From Candidatus Hydrogenedentota bacterium (GTDB taxonomy: Bacteria; Hydrogenedentota; Hydrogenedentia; Hydrogenedentales; JAEUWI01), in assembly GCA_034669905.1 (NCBI GenBank), contig JAXMOL010000003.1:32001-96000 (forward strand): DNA of 64,000 nucleotides, written 5' to 3'. The notes beneath the pieces are model-generated. The model saw only the letters and a program-made list of their open reading frames with translations. It made no database searches and was not told the DNA's origin. This document shows, one piece after another, positions 39,039 through 46,721 of this stretch (positions within the stretch are counted from its first letter, which is position 1; the number at the start of each line of letters is the position of its first letter). A program made the translations under genes and the position numbers.

Positions 39039-40364
39039 ATGTCTACGAAGAAACGGGTGGGTAAACTGCTGCTGAAGGCAGGCTTGATCACAGAGGGCCA
39101 GTATGACGCGGCCTTGGAAATCCAGCAGGAGACCGGGGCGGAGCTTATCGACATCCTGTTTTCCCTGGGAGCCGTTGAGCCCAATGCTTTCATGGATTTC
39201 CTGCTTACCTATCCGGGGGTGCTTCCGTCTGATGTACGGGACCTCGAATTGGATGCCGAAGTTCTCCAGTGCGTCCCCGCGGAGATGGCCCGCAGTATGG
39301 AAGTGGTCCCCGTGGATCTGTTGGGCGACGTGTTGACCCTGGCGGCCAAGGTACCCCTGTCCGAAGACGGAGAGGCCCGCCTGGCCGAAGCCAGCGGAAT
39401 GAAACTCAAGGTACTGCTTTGTGCGCCCGACGATGTGGATGGTGCCCTGGCCCGCTACTACCCGCTCCCCGATGCTTCTTCGGAAGGCGGGGATGCTTCC
39501 ACCGGGGTTACGGGCTTGGCCCAGCCCTTGAAGCTTTCCCATATGGCCCACCTGATCCGGGGGATCCGCTCCCTACCCGCCCTGCCGGAAACCGTTCATC
39601 GGGTGCGCGAAGCCATGCTTTCTCCGGACAGCTCGGTGGCCTCTGTGACCGACATCATTACCCTCGACCCGCCCATCGCGGCGAAAGTGTTGAGTGTGGC
39701 CAACTCGGCGAGCTATGGCTTTACCCACAAGATTACCGATATCAACCTGGCCGTATCCCTGATGGGGCTGAAAGAAACCTACGCAATCGTGCTGTCCGCA
39801 GCCGTGGTGGATCTGGTGGGGCAGTTGGAAGAGTTTGATTACCGGGCCTTCTGGCTCGAATCCGTGTGCTCGGCCTGTGCCGCCCGCATCGTGGCCAAGG
39901 TGAGTAACCGCCGTCAACTCGCGGGTGTATTCACCGCGGGGCTGCTTCACGATATTGGCCGTGCTGCCCTGTGGGAGGTGGCCCCGGAAAAGTGCAAACG
40001 CATCGACAATACCTGCACGGGAAATCTGCTGTTGGAAGCCGAGCAGAGCCTGATAGGCCTGACCCACGTGGAAGCGGGCTACGAATTGGCACAACATTGG
40101 GCCCTCCCCAACGAGATTGCCCAGGCGATACGCTTTCACCACCAGCCCGAGCTGGCCACAGAGGCCCAGGAGCATGTGGCGATCGTGGCCCTGGCCGACG
40201 TGATGGTGCAGGCTTCAGGCACGCAGCTGGAAGACAATCCAGATATTTTTGCGCCCCACATGAATACGTTGGCGCTACTGGGGCTTGACCTGGAAAATGC
40301 CGAAGCCATGTTGGAAGAATATCTCACCCGTCACGAAGCGGCGGTACAGGATACCTTCGGCTGA
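39039..40364 (+). CDS. MshEN/GspE-N domain fused to HDOD domain
   Basis: RVGKLLLKAGLITEGQYDAALEIQ...ALARYY, then LPALPE...DPPIAAKVLSVANS...AGLLHDIG...THVEAG...HWALP..IAQAIRFHH. Confidence 0.88.
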   Translation: MSTKKRVGKLLLKAGLITEGQYDAALEIQQETGAELIDILFSLGAVEPNAFMDFLLTYPGVLPSDVRDLELDAEVLQCVPAEMARSMEVVPVDLLGDVLTLAAKVPLSEDGEARLAEASGMKLKVLLCAPDDVDGALARYYPLPDASSEGGDASTGVTGLAQPLKLSHMAHLIRGIRSLPALPETVHRVREAMLSPDSSVASVTDIITLDPPIAAKVLSVANSASYGFTHKITDINLAVSLMGLKETYAIVLSAAVVDLVGQLEEFDYRAFWLESVCSACAARIVAKVSNRRQLAGVFTAGLLHDIGRAALWEVAPEKCKRIDNTCTGNLLLEAEQSLIGLTHVEAGYELAQHWALPNEIAQAIRFHHQPELATEAQEHVAIVALADVMVQASGTQLEDNPDIFAPHMNTLALLGLDLENAEAMLEEYLTRHEAAVQDTFG

Positions 40365-40450
40365 TACCGGTTTCCCCATAGTGGATTGGCCCGGGTGTCG
40401 GTGTGACACGGGCCTTGGTGATACAAACTGAGAGCATGCTGTAGTACGTG

Positions 40451-40858
40451 ATGAACAATACCCCTAAACGAATCTATTTGTGTGGTCCGATTATGGACTG
40501 TACCGGCAACGAAGGCGTGGAGTGGCGCAGTATCGCGAAAGAGCGGCTGTCGGGGAAGTTTGTCGTCCTCGATCCCATGCGCCGTAATTTTCGGGATCGC
40601 GAAATCGATAGCGCCAACGAGATCGTCGACTTCGATCTGCAAGACGTGCGCGACGCAGACATTATTCTGGTAAATTATTCCAAGACGTCTATTGGCACGT
40701 CCATGGAAGTATTCTATGCGTCGCACGATCTCGGAAAGTTCGTCATCGCCTTCAGCCCCTATTCCTACCAGGATATGTCCCCCTGGATGATCAAGCACTG
40801 CACAAAGATACTGCCAGGACTCGATGAAGCCATCGAGTACATCGGACGCCATTTCTAG
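40451..40858 (+). CDS. Nucleoside 2-deoxyribosyltransferase / nucleotide N-hydrolase family protein
   Basis: IYLCGP...W...VLDP...D...ADIILV...SIGTSME. Confidence 0.8.
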   Translation: MNNTPKRIYLCGPIMDCTGNEGVEWRSIAKERLSGKFVVLDPMRRNFRDREIDSANEIVDFDLQDVRDADIILVNYSKTSIGTSMEVFYASHDLGKFVIAFSPYSYQDMSPWMIKHCTKILPGLDEAIEYIGRHF

Positions 40859-40861
40859 CGC

Positions 40862-42679
40862 TTACGGGCGCACGTGGCTCTTCAGCGCTTTCTGGATGAA
40901 TTCCGAGAGGGTGGCGATAAGGTAGGGCTTTTCCAGATAGGCCGTAGGCCGCAACTCGGGCGGTGTGGACGGGCCATCGGTCTCATGATCCCCACTGGTA
41001 AGAATGACGGGGAAATCTGGCTTGTCTTTACGTATGGCGGCAAGGACTTCCCGGCCGTTCATGTTGGGCATGTTGACATCGACAATAGCCAGATCGAAGT
41101 TGCCGTCTGTTTCTTCCCACAACGCCATGGCCGCGCTGCCGCATTCGGCAGTAATCGGATGATAGCCGAGCTTCTTCAATATCGCCTGGCCGATATTGCG
41201 CACCATGGGCTCATCATCGACCAGCAGGATACGCGCCTTTCCGGTCTCCGCCAGGTTTTTCGGCGCCTGCACATCAGGCGTGGGAGGGGTGTCCTTATGG
41301 CGGCTCAGATAGGGCAGATAGAGGCTCACCGTCGTGCCGTGTTGCGGTGTACTTTGAATCTCCAACCACCCGTTGTGTTGGCGGGCGATCTGGCAGGCTG
41401 AGGTCAGGCCGAGCCCCGTACTTCCCGCTCGGGTCGTAAAAAACGGGTTTCGCGCATTTGCGACCACTTCGGGCAGCATTCCAATGCCATTGTCAGCGAC
41501 AAATACACGAATGAACAGGCCATCAACGGCATCGCCCCACGGCCCCGGTTCGGTGCTGCTGCGGCGGACCGTCTCGGCTCCCATACGAATCCAATTCTTC
41601 CGGTCCGTATCTTCGTTGGATGCTGCAGTAAGGGCATCAATGGCATTCATGCCCAGGTTGACCAGGGCCTGAAAGAGCCGCCCATGATCTCCCTGAAGTT
41701 CCGGTTCTTCGGATGGCGTGGAGAGCTCGATAGACGGACATTGGTCCTGATAGCCGGACAAGACCCCACGGACCTCCTCCAGTAATTTGAACAGTTTAAC
41801 GGGACCACTGACCCGCGGCGTGGTGGTCGCCTCGGAAAAGGACGTGAGCCGCTGGACAAAGGCCGCCCCTTCCTTGCCGGCATCCCGCGCTGCGATCAGG
41901 GCACCCCGCGCGGCTTCGAGACTCGTCTTTTCCAAGGCCTCCTCGACGGCATGGATGATTTTTTCCAGGCGGGTGTCGAGGGAGCGCGCCGTTTCACTGG
42001 CCATTTTCCCGATGGCATGCAGGCGCTCTGCGTGAAAGAAAAAGGGAGAATCTACAACGTGGCTGGGTGGGCCGTCGGTGGCCTGATCCGACACGGTGAC
42101 GCCATCCTTCGCCTGTGCAATCAACGCGCACAGGCGCCGGGCAATAAGCCAGGTCGTGTGTTCCCGATCGGGCGTAAAGGCTGCCGGGTCGCTGTGGCTC
42201 AGGTTCAGTACGCCGAAAAGGGTGTCGCCAACGACCAGCGGAAAACAAAGGAGAGAGCGGACGGCCACCGGGCTGTCCGAAACGGTGAGAAAACGGGGAT
42301 CGACCCGGGTGTCATCGATGCGCACCGATTGGCGGGTCTCCGCGACCATGCCGGCGATGCCTTCCCCCAGGGCGAAGGTCTTGCCAGCCCAGGCATCGGG
42401 TGCAATGGGGAAGCCCTGCAGGGAAAAACGGGTGCCCACCGCCGCGAGCCGCAAACAGCCCTGCCGGGCATCAAGCGTCATGACGGAGCATTGCTCGGCC
42501 CCTTCTTCCCGTGCGATCGCCCCGACAACCCGGGAAAGAATGTCTTCCACCGTCCGGCTCGCCGGATTCATCTCTTCGAGTAGACGCAGTATACCCAAAT
42601 CCCGCACGAGCGCTTCGTAGCGCAGGGCCAGCTGGGCGAGCGTTTCTTCTCGCAGTCTGTCTGATGGTGTGTCTTGCAT
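40862..42679 (-). CDS. GAF-HisKA-HATPase-REC hybrid kinase with missing H-box histidine
   Basis: GAF (GEGIAGMVA...RSLLCFPL...GVLNLS), ERLHAIGKMASETARSLDT, NLGMNAIDA, DNGIGM, PFFTT, TGLGL, REC VDDE/DVNMP. Confidence 0.85.
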   Translation of the reverse strand: MQDTPSDRLREETLAQLALRYEALVRDLGILRLLEEMNPASRTVEDILSRVVGAIAREEGAEQCSVMTLDARQGCLRLAAVGTRFSLQGFPIAPDAWAGKTFALGEGIAGMVAETRQSVRIDDTRVDPRFLTVSDSPVAVRSLLCFPLVVGDTLFGVLNLSHSDPAAFTPDREHTTWLIARRLCALIAQAKDGVTVSDQATDGPPSHVVDSPFFFHAERLHAIGKMASETARSLDTRLEKIIHAVEEALEKTSLEAARGALIAARDAGKEGAAFVQRLTSFSEATTTPRVSGPVKLFKLLEEVRGVLSGYQDQCPSIELSTPSEEPELQGDHGRLFQALVNLGMNAIDALTAASNEDTDRKNWIRMGAETVRRSSTEPGPWGDAVDGLFIRVFVADNGIGMLPEVVANARNPFFTTRAGSTGLGLTSACQIARQHNGWLEIQSTPQHGTTVSLYLPYLSRHKDTPPTPDVQAPKNLAETGKARILLVDDEPMVRNIGQAILKKLGYHPITAECGSAAMALWEETDGNFDLAIVDVNMPNMNGREVLAAIRKDKPDFPVILTSGDHETDGPSTPPELRPTAYLEKPYLIATLSEFIQKALKSHVRP

Positions 42680-42702
42680 AGCTTGTAATACCCAATGCGC
42701 CC

Positions 42703-43575
42703 CTATGCGCCTTGTAACATGCCCAACAGCGCCCGGCCCTCTTCCTTCATCGTGCCCAGGGTTTCGCAAATTTCGACCACCTGCTCCACAGGCAGTCCGA
42801 TGCGTTCAATGCGGGCTTCGTGTAATTCGACGCCAGAGGTCTCCCCACCTTGGCCGAAATCAGCAATGCGCGCCATATCACTGGCGATTGAAATAATGAG
42901 CACTTCTTTGCGAAAAGGCCCGTCGTAAGATTCTGGCTCGTTGGTGTATTTCACGGAGGCGACGATAACTTCGGGGAAATTCCACCGTTGGGCCAACCAG
43001 CCAGCGACTTCGCTGTGATCGGTCCTCAGGGAGCGTTGTTCTACCAGGTAAAGCGGGGCCTCACTCTCGGCGGCTTTCTGGAGGACGACGGAATAATCAT
43101 CGCCCAGACTGAGGGCCAGGATATATTTGCCCAGGTCGTGGAGAAGGCCTGCCGTGAAACAGGCCTCCGGCATGGAAATCTCCGGTGTGCTGAAAGCCAG
43201 CAACTGGGCCGCCTTCGCACTGCCCAGCGCGTGCATCCAGAAGTCTTCGGGGTCGAGGCTGGACTGGGGCTTGCTCGCGAGACTGTCCAACACCGAGGTG
43301 GCCAGCGCCAACTGCTTTACCGCTTCAAAGCCAACGGTTACGATGGCGCGGTGGATACTGTCAATCTCAAATCGTGATCCAAAAAAGGGAGAGTTGGCGA
43401 GGCGCAGGATACGGGCAGAAATAATCGGATCGGCCGCGAGGATGGCCGTAATATCGTCAACACAGGATTTTCGGTCTTCCAGCACTTCCAGGACCCGGGT
43501 CATGACTTCGGGTAGGGTGGGTATCTTGCCGAGTGCGTGGATACGCTTCAGGGCATCGCTTTGTGTAAGCGTCAT
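42703..43575 (-). CDS. HDOD domain protein
   Basis: IPTLPE, DPIISARILRLANS, FWMH, AGLLHDLGK, HSEVAGWLAQRWNFP. Confidence 0.9.
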   Translation of the reverse strand: MTLTQSDALKRIHALGKIPTLPEVMTRVLEVLEDRKSCVDDITAILAADPIISARILRLANSPFFGSRFEIDSIHRAIVTVGFEAVKQLALATSVLDSLASKPQSSLDPEDFWMHALGSAKAAQLLAFSTPEISMPEACFTAGLLHDLGKYILALSLGDDYSVVLQKAAESEAPLYLVEQRSLRTDHSEVAGWLAQRWNFPEVIVASVKYTNEPESYDGPFRKEVLIISIASDMARIADFGQGGETSGVELHEARIERIGLPVEQVVEICETLGTMKEEGRALLGMLQGA

Positions 43576-43950
43576 TCTTCCCTCTCGCTTCTATCTCTAC
43601 TCAAAGTTACCGCTACCGGTGTGTAGAGACTTACCCCACTGAAACACCCGCGACACCTTTAATTATACATGACATCGACGGATACAGCCAGTGATTTATG
43701 ATATAAAAGCCCCGTAAATACAGGGCTTTGTAATGTTGGCCATCAATGACAAACTCAACGTTTCTTCTGACCACATTCAAAGGGAAAATCGAGATCTTCG
43801 CAGGCTTTACAGCAAAAAGTATGGCCCATTCCGGGAATAATGTAAACCTAACGATCGGTAGTCTCCCGGGCAAAGGCCTCCTGTCTGCGGCCAAACAGCG
43901 ACGCAGGCCGGAAAAAGGCCTGGGCTAGCTCCGGGGCAGGGGTCGGGAAT

Positions 43951-44481
43951 TCATCCCGAGAACCGGGCGTCGTAGGTTGCGAGCAGTTCCCGGTGCACAC
44001 TGAAGGGCATGGTGGGCCGATCCCGGCGGGAGAAGAAGCGCAGGTCGAGGGCGTCGGTATCGGCCCGCATGGTTTCTTCTCCTTCCCATTCGTGCACGAT
44101 GAATCCCAATACCATGACCGCACCGGCATGGGGACTTTGCTTGGTGCTTACACCGAGGAGTTCTACCGCGCTCCCCCGTAGATTGGTTTCTTCCCGAAGT
44201 TCCCGAAGGGCCGCTTCTTCTGCAGTCTCCCCCAGCTCGATGAAGCCGCCGGGGAGCGTCCACTCGCCCTTGCAGGGTTCTACCGCGCGTTGGGTAAAGA
44301 GGAGTTCGTCGTGGCCCCGGGCGACAAAACAACAGGCGGCAGGAATCGGGTTGCGATAGTAGAAACGATTGCACGCTACGCAGTGGGGTTGGACACTCTG
44401 GCCGTCGTGGGTGGGCTCCAGACTTTTTCCGCAGGTGCCGCAAAAATTCCACGCAAAGGGTTTTGGTACTTGATAAGACAT
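43951..44481 (-). CDS. NUDIX hydrolase with N-terminal zinc ribbon
   Basis: FCGTCG...CVAC...YRNP; Nudix box [23 protein letters not shown]. Confidence 0.92.
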   Translation of the reverse strand: MSYQVPKPFAWNFCGTCGKSLEPTHDGQSVQPHCVACNRFYYRNPIPAACCFVARGHDELLFTQRAVEPCKGEWTLPGGFIELGETAEEAALRELREETNLRGSAVELLGVSTKQSPHAGAVMVLGFIVHEWEGEETMRADTDALDLRFFSRRDRPTMPFSVHRELLATYDARFSG

Positions 44482-44649
44482 CTTGCTATGCTAGCAAGGT
44501 GCATGACACGGTGCAACATCTGCCTCGCCCGCGCACGAATAAATGAGAGGTGCCGGGAGTAGAATATCTCAGAGCGCGGTGCGGCGAGCGGATGAACACG
44601 TACCGTATAGGACGTGGTTTGTGGGAGCGCGTGTGTCGGGGAGATCGTC

Positions 44650-45546
44650 ATGGGATTGACGGAGGGAAAAGAGGATTTCGCGGAGGCCGACCGGCTCTTT
44701 CGCCGTGGCCAGTATGCCGATGCACTCCGTCGGCTTGAGCACCTGAATGCGGCGTACCCCAACACGAAGAATGTGCTCTATCCCATGGCCCTGTGTTTAG
44801 AGCGCCTGGGCCGCTCCGATAAGGCCCTGCCGATTTGCACTATGCTTATCCAGCAATTCCGAGATCCCCGCGCCCGGGAGATGCAGCTCCGTCTGCGTCC
44901 TTCTCTGATGGATACGCCGCTGGATTCGCTGGACATTGAGGGAGAATACGAACTGCCTGATCTGGGGCCGATTACTACGGTGCCCGTTCCGCTGCAGGAG
45001 GAAGAAGAGCCGCCACCCTGGCGGACACCCCTGCTGTTGGGTGGGGCGCTGGTGATCGTAACCCTCATTCTACTGCTGCCGTTCTTCCTGGAGTTCCTGG
45101 GCTTAAAGGAGCCCCCATCCCCCTCCACCCCCTCGTCCCAATCGGTCTCGCTTTTTCAGTTGGGTGTCTTTATGATCAGTTTCATGGTCTTTCAGGGCCT
45201 GGGGACGGGGGTGGCCGCCCTGGCCATCGGCACCGTGAACAAACTCCCTTCCAACAGTATATCGGGGGTTCTTCTTCATGTGGGGAGTACCTTGCTCGGG
45301 GCCAATATTGCCTCGGCCATCATCAGCCTGATTCTAACCGTGGTCGCCCCCCTCGATTTGCTGCTGACCATGTTTGTCGTGGAACACGTGGTGATGATGG
45401 TGGTCTTCTCAGTGGTCTACCGGTTTCGCATTGGTGATGGCATCGTGTTTCTCTTGTTCTTCTCGATTTTCATGTGCGTAGCGACCTTCATCGTTGCTAT
45501 AGTGTTCGGGACAGGTATCGGGGTAGTTGCGGTCCTGTCTTCTTAA
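44650..45546 (+). CDS. TPR-domain membrane protein, paralog 1
   Basis: N-terminal TPR-like helices, acidic linker, about 5 C-terminal TMs. Confidence 0.75.
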   Translation: MGLTEGKEDFAEADRLFRRGQYADALRRLEHLNAAYPNTKNVLYPMALCLERLGRSDKALPICTMLIQQFRDPRAREMQLRLRPSLMDTPLDSLDIEGEYELPDLGPITTVPVPLQEEEEPPPWRTPLLLGGALVIVTLILLLPFFLEFLGLKEPPSPSTPSSQSVSLFQLGVFMISFMVFQGLGTGVAALAIGTVNKLPSNSISGVLLHVGSTLLGANIASAIISLILTVVAPLDLLLTMFVVEHVVMMVVFSVVYRFRIGDGIVFLLFFSIFMCVATFIVAIVFGTGIGVVAVLSS

Positions 45547-45641
45547 TCGGCGTGGGAGTGCCGAAGTTCCGGTAGTTGAATGCCGGGTTTTATTGAGGCG
45601 TGGTCAATGAAGAAGCGGGGGCATATGGAGGGTTTGGGGAA

Positions 45642-46523
45642 ATGGACGCGACGACGAGTAAGGCCAAATTCCAGGAGGCCGATCAGCTGTTTCGGGATGC
45701 CCGGTATCAAGAGGCACTGACCCTGCTGGAGGACCTGAACCAGCATTACCCCAACGCGAAAAACATTATGTATCCGGCGGCCATGTGTCTGGATAAGCTG
45801 GGGCGTTCCCAAGAGGCCTTGCCCCTCTGTAATCATCTGATTCAAAGCTTTCAGGATCCACGGGCGGAAGCGCTGAAGGCGGATATCGAAGGGCGGTCCA
45901 TGAGTTCGTCCCTGGATAGCATGTATGAGATGGGCGGATTAAACACCGACGTGTTGAGCGGTGGTGCCGATATTCTCGATATCCCAACCACGACCACGCG
46001 CTACAAGCCCGTCGAGCCCGAAGGGATTCCCTGGTTGAAATATGGGCTCATCGCCTTGGGGGTTGTGGCCGTGCTGCTGGTGCTCATCGTGCCCGTGATG
46101 ACCTACGAGGCGCCGCCACCCGAAGATATTCCGACGACGGTGGCGGAAGACGCGCCTGTCAATACCACCGCGATTTATGCTGGTGCGCTGGCGTTCTTTG
46201 CCTGCGTGGTCGTGTTTCAGGCCGCTGGCGCCTATCTGGCCCTCATGCTCATGCGGGCCCTGCCCCATGAAGACTTTTTGAGCAATGCCTTCAACCTCTT
46301 TATCAGTCTTTTTCTGGCCTCCATATTGGAGGGCTCCCTCTTCGGTATCTTTCTGACGGGACTCTACTTTGCCAAGGCCTACGATCTGGGCTTCGGTGGG
46401 ATCGTGATCCTCTATATCGCCCGTATCGTTTTCGGCGTGGTCGGATTTATTCTCGGTGCCATGATATTTGCCAGTAGTTTCGCCTACGTCGTCCAATCCA
46501 ATGGTGGCTTCGCGCCGGTCTAG
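45642..46523 (+). CDS. TPR-domain membrane protein, paralog 2
   Basis: N-terminus clearly homologous to the upstream gene (EAD.LFR..Y..AL..LE.LN..YPN.KN..YP.A.CL..LGRS..ALP.C..LIQ.F.DPRA). Confidence 0.75.
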   Translation: MDATTSKAKFQEADQLFRDARYQEALTLLEDLNQHYPNAKNIMYPAAMCLDKLGRSQEALPLCNHLIQSFQDPRAEALKADIEGRSMSSSLDSMYEMGGLNTDVLSGGADILDIPTTTTRYKPVEPEGIPWLKYGLIALGVVAVLLVLIVPVMTYEAPPPEDIPTTVAEDAPVNTTAIYAGALAFFACVVVFQAAGAYLALMLMRALPHEDFLSNAFNLFISLFLASILEGSLFGIFLTGLYFAKAYDLGFGGIVILYIARIVFGVVGFILGAMIFASSFAYVVQSNGGFAPV

Positions 46524-46664
46524 TTCGGACAGGAAACCCTGCGGTGACGTTTTGTGTCGTGGTCGTGGGGGCGTGGCTACGACCCGAGCGGCGGTCGCGT
46601 GGGAGCGGGTGGCACAATAACCCGCTGTGCTACATTGCTTGCCCCTCAATGGCCCACGAACCCC

Positions 46665-46704
46665 AAAAAAGAACGCGCAGGCTTCCAGTATGGATGCCTG
46701 CGCG
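46665..46704. terminator. Rho-independent terminator between convergent genes
   Basis: AAAAAAGAA-CGCGCAGGC...GCCTGCGCG. Confidence 0.7.
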
Positions 46705-46721
46705 CCCTCAACTTTTTTGAA

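Noticed and set aside
43861..43940. c-di-GMP-I riboswitch-like words (GGCAAA, GACGCA)
   Set aside because: No GNRA tetraloop/receptor two-hairpin architecture, and the orientation does not lead a gene.
46610..46625. Second sigma54 promoter (TGGCAC...GC)
   Set aside because: GG-to-GC spacing is 11 rather than 10, and no gene lies downstream on that strand.
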